DNA of 64,000 nt from Fibrobacter sp. (lineage in GTDB: Bacteria; Fibrobacterota; Fibrobacteria; Fibrobacterales; Fibrobacteraceae): NCBI GenBank assembly GCA_045597525.1, contig JAZLKF010000008.1, positions 16,201-80,200 on the forward strand, in the 5' to 3' direction. The notes under the pieces are model-generated. The model worked only from the letters and a program-made list of their open reading frames with translations, did no database searches and was not told the DNA's origin. Positions 19,858-28,627 of the stretch are shown here, piece by piece. The position numbers and the translations under genes are program-made. Every line of letters starts with the position of its first letter. Positions within the stretch are counted from its first letter, which is position 1.

Positions 19858-20826
19858 TTAATTCAAATGCGTTGGCGGGGCGCCGGCGCTATTTTTTATT
19901 GCCGCCTGCTTTACTTCTACGATTTTATCAGCAATGGCACGGGCCTTTTCCGTAAGCCACATCCAGGATTGAGTTGCAGTGCTGTAGTCAGCCTCGCCAA
20001 ACATCTGCACACGGCCATCACGGCGCAAAGATTCCACTTGCTTAAATCCCTTCACGTCACCCTTGGGGTATACGGCAAATGTGCTTCCACCGTTATAATT
20101 CAAGATGCTGAATGCAGGAACATCGCTGGGGCCGTCGGCAATATACACCATGTTCTGAAAAGGTACGCGACGGCTGTCTCGGGCGATGGAGGAATTCACA
20201 TCGATGGTTTCGGGATACTTGTTACTGCCCTTGTTGATTTCAAAAAGATAGCGGGTCTTGGAAGTGTTGTCGAGAGCGCAGGCGATTTGGGAAATTTCAC
20301 TGGATCCATCGCTTCGCTCAGGATGACGCGGGGAGTCCAAAAAACCAGGCTGCAGAATATCCTCGATAAATTCGCATCCAAAGATTCCATCTACAAAAGG
20401 TGCGATGGCGCTGCCGCGAATGGTTTCCGCAAAGCCAGTACTAACAACATAATGTTCCAAGCGGATATCGAAAGCCTTGTACTTGGGATCTTCTTCAATC
20501 GTTTTCTTGATTTCGCCGAAAAAATCGGGAAGCCCCGGATAGAACTTCAATTCCTTTCCAAACTCACGAAGCAGTCTGTTGCTCAGTCCCTTGAAAATCC
20601 CTGCCTTCACGTAAGTCAGAATATGATTCAAGTAGCTGGTATCGGAATTGACGGAAATCCCTTGGGCGCTGTAGCGGGCCTTGAGAGCATTGACCTCAGC
20701 CCAGAACTTCGCACCATCTACGCCATAATGGCGGAACAGGGGATCTTGCATGTAGGCGCTGATCAAAGTCTTGTCGCAATCCCACACCATGGCGATAATG
20801 TTCTGTTCAAACGCGGACTTCGACAT
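19858..20826 (-). CDS. HAD-superfamily hydrolase
   Basis: Motif I MVWDCDKTL (DxDxT). Late motif YIADGPSDVP. ATG at 20826 with gaggaa upstream. Confidence 0.6.
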   Translation of the reverse strand: MSKSAFEQNIIAMVWDCDKTLISAYMQDPLFRHYGVDGAKFWAEVNALKARYSAQGISVNSDTSYLNHILTYVKAGIFKGLSNRLLREFGKELKFYPGLPDFFGEIKKTIEEDPKYKAFDIRLEHYVVSTGFAETIRGSAIAPFVDGIFGCEFIEDILQPGFLDSPRHPERSDGSSEISQIACALDNTSKTRYLFEINKGSNKYPETIDVNSSIARDSRRVPFQNMVYIADGPSDVPAFSILNYNGGSTFAVYPKGDVKGFKQVESLRRDGRVQMFGEADYSTATQSWMWLTEKARAIADKIVEVKQAAIKNSAGAPPTHLN

Positions 20827-20857
20827 AAAAAATTTCCTCACATTTCGAGCCAGAAAA

Positions 20858-21688
20858 TTACTTTGTTATAAAGAAACTTTCCGGATTAATGGGATTTCCA
20901 TCTAGGCGAATTTCGTAATGCAGTCCAATACTTGTTTCAGTACCGCTTTCCCCCACAATGGCAATGGGCTGACCGCGTTTTACCTTGGAGTCAGGCTTTA
21001 CCAAAGCTGTACCCAAGTGCGCGTAGAACGTCCTTACACCCTTCACGTGCTCAATCTTCATGGAAAGACCAAAGCCACGATGCTTGCGGACTTCAGTCAC
21101 AACCCCAGCTCCCGTAGCATAAACCGTATCGCCTTCTGCAGCGACATAGTCAATTCCGCGATGAGGAAGATCCTGATCCGTAAAGGGATCATGCACCATT
21201 TCAAAGCGCTTCTTAATAGCGGGATTATTTTTCATGGGATGCAACACCGGAAGTTTTGCAGCCAGCGCAGAGTCATTTTCAAGAGCTGTGATTAGCTTAC
21301 GGAAGGAAGCCTCAATTTCCTTAAGGCCCTTGCGGCTTTCCAAAGTCTTTTCATCATCGCTCAAAGCAGATTCCAACACAAAGCCAAGACCTCCGGATTT
21401 CAGGGTACTATCGCGGAGTAAACGCGTTTCCTCGGCCTTCAAAATAGATTCGTCCACAGAGGCGCGGATTGTTGAAAGTTCCTTCTTGATGGCAACATTT
21501 TGTCGATGCAGATCAGTAATATTACCGCTCGTTACGTTGTCTAAAATACTTACCGGAGAGAACATCAAAAATCCGGCAATACCCATCACAACACAGACTA
21601 CAGAGACAATAGCCCCGGCTAGGGAAAGCTTGTAGTTCTTGCCCGAGGTGGTCTTACTGGGGAATACATGTATCTCAAGTTTCTTCAC
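20858..21688 (-). CDS. M23 family metallopeptidase, membrane anchored
   Basis: HRGIDYVAAEGDTVYATGAGVV ... GLHYEIRLDGNPINP. One TM helix. Start uncertain: a GTG at 21688 gives a 14-nt overlap with the upstream ORF, and the track start is a TTG. Confidence 0.7.
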   Translation of the reverse strand: MKKLEIHVFPSKTTSGKNYKLSLAGAIVSVVCVVMGIAGFLMFSPVSILDNVTSGNITDLHRQNVAIKKELSTIRASVDESILKAEETRLLRDSTLKSGGLGFVLESALSDDEKTLESRKGLKEIEASFRKLITALENDSALAAKLPVLHPMKNNPAIKKRFEMVHDPFTDQDLPHRGIDYVAAEGDTVYATGAGVVTEVRKHRGFGLSMKIEHVKGVRTFYAHLGTALVKPDSKVKRGQPIAIVGESGTETSIGLHYEIRLDGNPINPESFFITK

Positions 21689-21977
21689 TATTCTCGCCTG
21701 GGTTCTCGATTCGATTTTCCAAACTCTTGATTCGGCGCTTACGTTCCTCAATGGCGCCCAGCAACTCTACCACGGACGGATCGTCCTTGATGGCGGCCAA
21801 AAGGTCATCACGGACAGCCATATGGAGCTTTTGACCCAACGCCTGGAAGTTCTTTTTCAGCTTAGATTCCTCGGTTGCCAGTTCCACACGCAATACGGCG
21901 GAGGTGGCCGCGAACATAGCCTTGTTTTTGAGCTTATTTAGAGGTGTTTCGTGCATAAAATTTTTTTCCTCGTGCAA
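21675..21977 (-). CDS. small coiled-coil protein, unknown
   Basis: ORF in an operon with the M23 peptidase. Heptad-like charged sequence. Confidence 0.4.
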   Translation of the reverse strand: MHEEKNFMHETPLNKLKNKAMFAATSAVLRVELATEESKLKKNFQALGQKLHMAVRDDLLAAIKDDPSVVELLGAIEERKRRIKSLENRIENPGENSEET

Positions 21978-22020
21978 TAAAAAATTAGTTTTTTATCTGT
22001 TAAACAAATGGAGATTTTCT

Positions 22021-22170
22021 ATGAGTCGTCGCGATCGTAGACATGCAAAGCAAGAAGCTAAGAAGTTTGTACCTAAAAAGAAGAACGCTTTGGATACCAA
22101 GGTGATTGTTGTCCTTGCCGCTATTGCCGTTGTCTTCTTCGTCGGCACCATGTTAATCCAGAGAGGCTAG
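22021..22170 (+). CDS. small basic single-TM protein (49 aa)
   Basis: Internal ATG at 22021: MSRRDRRHAKQEAKKF... followed by the TM segment VIVVLAAIAVVFFVGTML. Ends 1 nt before dnaN. Confidence 0.4.
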   Translation: MSRRDRRHAKQEAKKFVPKKKNALDTKVIVVLAAIAVVFFVGTMLIQRG

Positions 22171-22171
22171 A

Positions 22172-23287
22172 ATGAAGTTCGAGATCAAGAAATCCGCATT
22201 GCAGGAAGCACTGCAGACTGCAATCACTGCAATTCCTAACAAGTCCACCCTCCAGATTTTGAACAACTACTCCCTCCGTCTGGAAGGAAACGTCCTTGAA
22301 ATCTGCGCAACCGACTTGAACCTTGGCATCAGGACCAAGCTTGAAGTAAACGGTGAACGCGATGGCGAAATTGTTATCAACGCCCGCAAGTTCTCTGAAC
22401 TCATCAAGGCTCTCGTAGACCCCGCTATTGAAAACATCAGCATCGACGTTCAGGACTACCTGACCAAGATCAAGTGGAGCGAACGCGGTCAGGCTTCTAT
22501 CATGGGCTTTGACGCAGGCGACTTCCCTCCGTTCCCGGAAGTAGAAGGCACCACCTTGACCTTCGCTGCAAGCGAACTGGCATTCCTCGTTGAAAAGACC
22601 GCATTCGCAGTTTCCAACGACTCCACCCGTCAGAACCTGAACGGTGTTTATCTTGAAGCAGTGGACGGCAAGGTTTCCATGGTTGCAACCGATGGTCACC
22701 GCATGGGCCGCGCAAGCATTGAACAGGAAGGCGCAAACCTCAATGGCGGCGTCATCATCTTGCCCAAGGTTCTCCAGCAGATCCTGCGCATGGCAAAGAA
22801 CGACGAACAGATCGAAGTTCGCACTACCGAAACTCACATTCTGTTCAGCACCGGTTCCACCCAGATCATTTCCAAGCTGTACGAAGGCCCTTATCCTAAC
22901 TACCGCGCCGTGATCCCCCAGAATTTCGAACGCACCGTCCAGGCAAATACCAACGAACTGCAGAACAAGGTCCGCAGCATCTTGCCGATGGCCAACCCCC
23001 GCACCCACCAGATTCGTTTCCAGATCGATGGCAACATGATGGAGCTTTCTGCTACCGACCCGGATGTTGGCGGTGATTCCCGTGAAGCATTGGCTGTAAC
23101 CCACAATGGTGAAGGCAACTTCAGCATCGGTTTCGACGGTCGCTACATTTCTGAAATCCTCGGCATGTGCAAGAGCGAAGAAGTTGTTCTTAAGATGAAC
23201 ACTCCCATTGGCGCTTGCATTATTGAACCGGTTGGCGACAACATGGGCTTCAGCTTCCTGCTGATGCCGCTGCGCTTGACTGATTAA
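22172..23287 (+). CDS. dnaN: DNA polymerase III beta sliding clamp
   Basis: MKFEIKKSALQEALQ...TLQILNNYSL..., length 371 aa, C-terminal LLMPLRL. Confidence 0.9.
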   Translation: MKFEIKKSALQEALQTAITAIPNKSTLQILNNYSLRLEGNVLEICATDLNLGIRTKLEVNGERDGEIVINARKFSELIKALVDPAIENISIDVQDYLTKIKWSERGQASIMGFDAGDFPPFPEVEGTTLTFAASELAFLVEKTAFAVSNDSTRQNLNGVYLEAVDGKVSMVATDGHRMGRASIEQEGANLNGGVIILPKVLQQILRMAKNDEQIEVRTTETHILFSTGSTQIISKLYEGPYPNYRAVIPQNFERTVQANTNELQNKVRSILPMANPRTHQIRFQIDGNMMELSATDPDVGGDSREALAVTHNGEGNFSIGFDGRYISEILGMCKSEEVVLKMNTPIGACIIEPVGDNMGFSFLLMPLRLTD

Positions 23288-23312
23288 ACAGGACTCCATG
23301 CAAAATTAAAAG

Positions 23313-23339
23313 TCCCGCCCACAAGGCGGGATTTTTTTT
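23313..23339 (+). terminator. rho-independent terminator after dnaN
   Basis: TCCCGCCcacaaGGCGGGA followed by T8. Confidence 0.8.
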
Positions 23340-23396
23340 ATTGCAAAGCTAGCGGATCATGGCAAGTTAGTTTATTTGTAATAAAAACAGCCGATT

Positions 23397-23942
23397 CTAA
23401 AAACGTTCCACTTGGTAGTTCTTAGCAACAGCGCGATTATAAATGGAAGCCAGCACACCCGATTCATTTAACGACCAATAAACATGGTGTTTAGACTTGG
23501 TCGCAGCCAAGTGTGCGCAGTACCGGGAAGTTTCGCGAGTGTGATGATCTCGATTAAAGCAAGAGATAATAAGCAGGCGCTTTTGTCGCAGAGCCATTTT
23601 ACAAATGCCATTCAATTCTGTAGGCAAGCTCCGCCCCAAAAGCCAAATGGCAGAACCGCCATGAGTCAATACGAAAAACAAGATTTCGCACTCAGCCCGA
23701 GAATGAAAAGTACTGACAATGCACTTGCCGTAGCGCCCCTGGTATTTTGCCCAATGCTCCCGGGCAATGGCCACCACAGGGTCTTGGGACCGAGATGCAA
23801 ATACAGCAATACGTTCCTTTTTATCGTACCACAGTTTCTTATTGCCCAGGCACTTCATGCCTGGAACAAACATACGATCTTCAAGTTTTTCATTTTCACG
23901 TTCAATCAATTTCCAATTGATATTGTCAATCTTGTACGTCAT
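23397..23942 (-). CDS. stand-alone DprA/Smf-like (SLOG-type Rossmann) domain protein
   Basis: IAVFASRS ... IVSTFHSRAECEI...GGSAIWLLGRSLP ... LLIISCF ... parallels the DprA core pattern IAIVGSR / VSGLARGID / GG.TIAVLG.GLD / LLVSE. No flanking DprA domains. Confidence 0.35.
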   Translation of the reverse strand: MTYKIDNINWKLIERENEKLEDRMFVPGMKCLGNKKLWYDKKERIAVFASRSQDPVVAIAREHWAKYQGRYGKCIVSTFHSRAECEILFFVLTHGGSAIWLLGRSLPTELNGICKMALRQKRLLIISCFNRDHHTRETSRYCAHLAATKSKHHVYWSLNESGVLASIYNRAVAKNYQVERF

Positions 23943-24068
23943 TTTTCCTCCATTAAGCTTTTGTACAAAACGTCAGGATATAAAAAAAAGACCGTCTGCG
24001 GTTTACGCAAAAACGATCTACAAACTATGTTAAAAAACTACAGAAGAAATATACAAAAATTTAACGGC

Positions 24069-24770
24069 TTATTTTACACAGCGAACAGAGCGGGCGCTTT
24101 CCTTGTCAAAAGTGTTCAGACTTGCCGCAGGACTACTGAAATCCAAAAAAAGATAATAGGCAAAAGTCGGTTCCTGCTCGTCTGTTGTAGCACTCCAGAA
24201 ATAAGCATAGCCACCAATACCATCAAACTTGGCGGTAGTGTTTCCGTCGGTAGATTCTGCGGCAGACATGTAGCCTGCGGGTAGAGCGTTGAAGCCCACG
24301 GCGTCTGTACCGTTACCATTTTTGAACCAGCCACTGGTAGACTTGAGCAATCTGCCCACAGTTGTAATGTTTGCGGCCTGCGCCATTGCCGCCCCACGAA
24401 CATCGGCCGCCATCAACGCCATAAACATAAAATCAAAATCTTCCACAGTAGGCAAGTGCCAACCCGTAGGGCATGCCTTCTGCGCCATTTCCCAAGTATA
24501 AAGGCGGCCATACTTTTTACAATTGCGGTTGTCACCATCAGGGCAAAAGCTTTTTAAAGTTTCCGCACCGTCGCCAGAATCAACAGCGCCTGCATAGTTT
24601 AGATTTTCCGCCATCCAGGTTTTGCCACCTATGTGAACTACAGTGTAGCTCGTTCCGTCTCGTTCATCAGTGAACTTCTCAGAGCAGGCGAGAAATGTTA
24701 CGGAAAACAAAGCCACGGCAATACTCATAAGAGTTAAACGCGCCGACACGATAAATTCAAATACGTTCAT
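24069..24770 (-). CDS. FISUMP-domain lipoprotein (Fibrobacter major paralogous domain)
   Basis: Lipobox FLAC. GKTWMAENLNY ... YGRLYTW ... CPTGWHLP ... FWS ... SVRCVK. Confidence 0.75.
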   Translation of the reverse strand: MNVFEFIVSARLTLMSIAVALFSVTFLACSEKFTDERDGTSYTVVHIGGKTWMAENLNYAGAVDSGDGAETLKSFCPDGDNRNCKKYGRLYTWEMAQKACPTGWHLPTVEDFDFMFMALMAADVRGAAMAQAANITTVGRLLKSTSGWFKNGNGTDAVGFNALPAGYMSAAESTDGNTTAKFDGIGGYAYFWSATTDEQEPTFAYYLFLDFSSPAASLNTFDKESARSVRCVK

Positions 24771-24771
24771 A

Positions 24772-25410
24772 CTACTTCACATCTACAACTTCGGAATCCA
24801 TGACACAGCGTACTGATAGTCCGAATTCCTTTCCATAGGGGAAGATCGAGACATCCTTGCGGCCAGCCATCATGTGTATGCCAATTGCCTTTTTGCTAAA
24901 AACAGAATCACCTGCAGAAGACTGCGACACCTCCTGCGTCGCGCTCCAGAGGTAAGCGTACATTGTTTGACGGTCGAAGCGCCCGCGGTAATCGCGAAAT
25001 CCAGACGGCGTCGCATTGAATCCATAGGAGTCTTCGCCATTGCCATAATGACTCCAACCCTCTGTGGACTTTAACCTGACTCCCGCGGAATCCTTACCGC
25101 CTACGCTTTCAAAGAGCGCTTGATATTCAGCTTCTGTAGGAAGATGCCAGCCAGAGGGGCAAACATCACGAGCCACATCCCAATTATAGAAGCGGCCATA
25201 CCTGCGGCAGTCATAGCCAAAGCGTGTATAGCACCAACTTTCTTCTGCAGCGAAATTCAAATTCTCCGCCATCCAAACGGCATCTCCAATTTTTACGGTC
25301 TTGTATTCCTGATTGTCACGGGAATCTTTTAAGACGGAGAAAATTGCATCAGAAGCCATCGACTCTTGCACTAAGGCAAGCAATAATACAGACAAGAGCT
25401 TCTTAATCAT
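24772..25410 (-). CDS. FISUMP-domain secreted protein
   Basis: Signal peptide. DAVWMAENLNF ... YGRFYNW ... CPSGWHLP ... SVRCV. Confidence 0.75.
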   Translation of the reverse strand: MIKKLLSVLLLALVQESMASDAIFSVLKDSRDNQEYKTVKIGDAVWMAENLNFAAEESWCYTRFGYDCRRYGRFYNWDVARDVCPSGWHLPTEAEYQALFESVGGKDSAGVRLKSTEGWSHYGNGEDSYGFNATPSGFRDYRGRFDRQTMYAYLWSATQEVSQSSAGDSVFSKKAIGIHMMAGRKDVSIFPYGKEFGLSVRCVMDSEVVDVK

Positions 25411-25561
25411 AATTAGCCAAGTTAGAATTTTTTCGCAGCCGTAAACAGCCTTCTAAAAAACAACATTATAGAATCGCATAAAAAATGTCGTTATCATACA
25501 AATACTACATTCTGCATAGATATTTTCACTCTGCGATGCATGTATAAGGAGATGTAAAAAA

Positions 25562-27307
25562 ATGAGTATCGGAGCCATTGTCGCCTTAATTATTTTCGCA
25601 GTAATAATTATCGGTTCCCAATTAGCATTCAAGCAGTTTCTGATTGAAAAAAACAAGCAGATTCAAGCAGGACGCACTAAGAAAGCAGTAGAAGAGTTCA
25701 TTAAAGATTTAAGCGTCAAGCAAGTGGACACCATCAAGGCTCCTAACGGTACGCGAACATCCACAGTCACTAAAGTTGCACCAGAAAGCGTTATTGATCC
25801 GCTTCTAGCCAAGTACATGCAGAAACTGGAGCCCACCGTATCCAACATAGTTGCGTTCTTCCAAGATTTTCTGTTATTCAATGGCGTTAGCGAAAAACTT
25901 CGCATGCACCTGACAAACCAAAACGGAAGCAGTCCCGACGACGAACTTGCCACTATTTTCCTCACGGACCTGGCCTACATTTCCGAAAAGTCTGGACACC
26001 CCGTAAGCATGCAGACTGCAGAATCCTGCGGGTTCGTTTCTTTGATGTTGCGTTTGCGCTCTACGGCACCCTGCGAGGTGGATTACAAGCGTTTGACTTT
26101 GCAAACCATAGTGAATAACGAAATTGATGTGGACACTTTGGTTTCTGAACTTAAACAAAACCGCGCTCCCCTGGAAAGAGCAGGAGACACATTCCTGTTT
26201 CCATCTATCTTTGCAGAATTCTCTCCAGACGCCACCAAAAAATATATGCGCCTGATGTACGACTTTTCTGCAGCCTTGGCAAACATCGACGGCAAGCTTA
26301 CCATTGCCGAAATTCAATGGCTACAATTCATGGAAAAATATATTGGTTCTGCGCGCTTTGCTAATAGAGCGAGGAATATAAAATTCAGTCCTAGAACCCT
26401 CAAGTACAAAGACGCTGGCGATCCTAGCGACGAAATGGACGGTGCAGCTCTTACCGCAAAAATTTCTGGACTCGGCGACAGCGCCAAGCTTTCTGCAGAG
26501 CAGTGCGGCGAGGAAGCGGAAAAGCAGTTGAACGCATTAATCGGACTTACCTCCGTAAAGCAGGAAGTGATTACATTCCGAAACTTCTTGAAAATTCAGA
26601 ATGAACGCCGCAAGAAGGGATTGTCTGTTCCGCCCACGTCCTACCATTTGGTTTTCTCCGGAAATCCAGGCACCGGCAAAACTACCATCGCCCGCATCAT
26701 GGCACAGATTCTCAAATCCCTGGGAGTGATTTCCAGCGGGCACCTGGTGGAAGCTTCCCGCAGCGACCTGGTGGCAGGTTACATGGGGCAAACCGCCATC
26801 AAGACCAACAAGGTCATCGACAGCGCATTGAATGGAGTGCTGTTCATCGACGAAGCCTACACCCTTTCCAGAAGTTCCGAAAACGACTTTGGCCAGGAAG
26901 CCATCGACACCCTGCTGAAGCGCATGGAAGATGACCGCGATCGCCTGGTGGTGATTATTGCAGGCTACACCGACGAAATCAAGAATTTCGTGAATTCCAA
27001 CCCGGGGCTTGCTTCACGATTCAATCGCTACATCAACTTCCCGGACTACTCCGAAAGCGAGCTGGAAGAAATCTTCAAGATGCTGGTGGATAAGTACGAT
27101 TACGTTTTGAGCGACTCTGCACGAACTGCCCTGAAGCAGACCATCGCCAAGGCTGTCCGTGAAAAGGATTCCCATTTCGGAAACGGTCGCTATGTGCGAA
27201 ACCTGTTTGAAAAGACCATCGAACGCCAGGCCAACCGTTTGGCAAAGGTGGAAAACCTTGGCGCCGTGAACATCAGCGAAATCGACGGAAGGGATTTCGC
27301 TGGATAA
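25562..27307 (+). CDS. membrane-anchored AAA+ ATPase of the CbbX/SpoVK type with a TerB-like middle segment
   Basis: N-terminal TM segment. AALANIDGKLTIAEIQWL (TerB-like ADG...E...L pattern). LIGLTSVKQEV...FSGNPGTGKTTIAR (Walker A). VLFIDEAY (Walker B). GLASRF. Confidence 0.7.
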   Translation: MSIGAIVALIIFAVIIIGSQLAFKQFLIEKNKQIQAGRTKKAVEEFIKDLSVKQVDTIKAPNGTRTSTVTKVAPESVIDPLLAKYMQKLEPTVSNIVAFFQDFLLFNGVSEKLRMHLTNQNGSSPDDELATIFLTDLAYISEKSGHPVSMQTAESCGFVSLMLRLRSTAPCEVDYKRLTLQTIVNNEIDVDTLVSELKQNRAPLERAGDTFLFPSIFAEFSPDATKKYMRLMYDFSAALANIDGKLTIAEIQWLQFMEKYIGSARFANRARNIKFSPRTLKYKDAGDPSDEMDGAALTAKISGLGDSAKLSAEQCGEEAEKQLNALIGLTSVKQEVITFRNFLKIQNERRKKGLSVPPTSYHLVFSGNPGTGKTTIARIMAQILKSLGVISSGHLVEASRSDLVAGYMGQTAIKTNKVIDSALNGVLFIDEAYTLSRSSENDFGQEAIDTLLKRMEDDRDRLVVIIAGYTDEIKNFVNSNPGLASRFNRYINFPDYSESELEEIFKMLVDKYDYVLSDSARTALKQTIAKAVREKDSHFGNGRYVRNLFEKTIERQANRLAKVENLGAVNISEIDGRDFAG

Positions 27308-27317
27308 AGAACATTAC

Positions 27318-27842
27318 ATGTCCGAAATTTTCACCAAGTACATCGCCAACGAAGAACATTACAGCGAAGTCATCGAGCGCATCGCAAAAGTTCGCGACAC
27401 CCTGTGGATCGGTACCGCCGACATCAAGGACTTGTATGTAAAGCAGAACGGCGAGGCCATTCCCCTGCTAGGGCAAATTGCAGGCCTGCTGAAAAAGGGC
27501 GTGGGCGTGCGTTTGGTTCATGCCAAGGAACCGGGCCCAAACTTCCGCGAAGATTTCGACCGGTTTCCGATTTTGGCCACAGACCTGGAACGAGTGCTTT
27601 GCCCCCGCGTACATTTCAAGATGGTCATTTTCGACCTGGAAGTGGCCTACATCGGATCCGCCAACTTGACAGGTGCGGGCATCGGCATGAAAAGTGCATT
27701 AAAGCGTAACTTCGAGGCAGGCATTCTCACCAACGACCCGCAAATCGTGGAAGCCGCCATCAACCAGTTTGACACCCTATGGATGGGCGCCCACTGCAAG
27801 AACTGCGGAAGGCAGGAATATTGCGGGGATCGGATTAAGTAG
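27318..27842 (+). CDS. single-HKD phospholipase-D-family (Nuc-like) nuclease
   Basis: HFKMVIFD...GSANLT is the HxK(x)4D(x)6GSxN motif. 174 aa. Starts 10 nt after the AAA+ stop. C-terminal CKNCG...YCG. Confidence 0.7.
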   Translation: MSEIFTKYIANEEHYSEVIERIAKVRDTLWIGTADIKDLYVKQNGEAIPLLGQIAGLLKKGVGVRLVHAKEPGPNFREDFDRFPILATDLERVLCPRVHFKMVIFDLEVAYIGSANLTGAGIGMKSALKRNFEAGILTNDPQIVEAAINQFDTLWMGAHCKNCGRQEYCGDRIK

Positions 27843-27844
27843 GG

Positions 27845-28486
27845 CTAGGGATTCTTGACACAACGAACCGAGAAGCCGTTGTTCTTATTGCCGTAGTACA
27901 CGAGGGCGCCCTCGTAGCCGTAGCGCAAACCCAGGCCGTACGCGCGGCCACTACTGCCCTCAGTACTAGACCAAAAGCCCGCGAGGTTGCCCTCGAGATC
28001 GAAGTAGACGCTGCTGCTGTCGTAGCGGCCAGCGGGCAACGCCCCAAAGCCGAGGCCGTCTGTACCGTTTCCACTCTTGCCCTTATAGTCATTCCAGCCA
28101 GTAGTGGACTTCAGCACGGTTCCTGCCTTCTTAATATCACCAGCCTTTTGACCGGCAAGTGTTTTAAGGTCTTCAAATTCCTGGTTATTAGGTAGGTGCC
28201 AGCCATCCGGGCAAGCGGTAACAGCCTCTCTCCAAACATAGAGGCGGCCATACTTGTCACAGTTTTCAGGCTTGTTATCGTAACACTTGCTTTTGCCGGT
28301 CTGATAGTTCAGGTTTTCTGCCATCCAGACCTTGTCTCCGATCTTCACGGTTTTGTAGGTCTTGCCATCGCGAGAGTCTTTAAGCCCTCCGCCAAGGTCA
28401 CAGGCAGTAAAAGTCAACGCCGCTGCAGAGACCATCAGAACAGCACCCATCTTTGCAATAAAATTCTTCATAAAATTTCTTTTCAT
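27845..28486 (-). CDS. FISUMP-domain lipoprotein
   Basis: Lipobox FTAC. DKVWMAENLNY ... YGRLYVW ... CPDGWHLP ... SVRCVK. Confidence 0.75.
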   Translation of the reverse strand: MKRNFMKNFIAKMGAVLMVSAAALTFTACDLGGGLKDSRDGKTYKTVKIGDKVWMAENLNYQTGKSKCYDNKPENCDKYGRLYVWREAVTACPDGWHLPNNQEFEDLKTLAGQKAGDIKKAGTVLKSTTGWNDYKGKSGNGTDGLGFGALPAGRYDSSSVYFDLEGNLAGFWSSTEGSSGRAYGLGLRYGYEGALVYYGNKNNGFSVRCVKNP

Positions 28487-28627
28487 TTGTACAAGTTTAT
28501 AATAGAAAATTTGTCTAAAATTTCATCAGCGTTTCATGATTTCTACAAAAAAAGCCATGCTGACAACTTTCAACATGACTTAATTAAAAATTATAGTTTC
28601 TTTATGCGAGTGCTGACTTTATAGATT

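Noticed and set aside
19655-19861. 68-aa hydrophobic ORF after the lipoprotein gene.
   Set aside because: The start is TTG-like with no clear RBS, and there is no motif. It could be a real small membrane protein, but the sequence alone does not support calling it.
21978-22171. Replication origin or DnaA-box cluster upstream of dnaN, given that no dnaA gene is adjacent.
   Set aside because: No TTATCCACA-like boxes or AT-rich 13-mer repeats were seen. The interval is short and occupied by a small ORF.
23980-24005. Terminator-like aaaaaaaagaccgtctgcggtt downstream of the FISUMP gene (minus strand).
   Set aside because: The stem is only 4-5 bp including a wobble, which is too weak to list as a feature. 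The similar but stronger element at 29560-29585 (gaccgcctctgcggtc) is about 170 nt from the nearest gene end.
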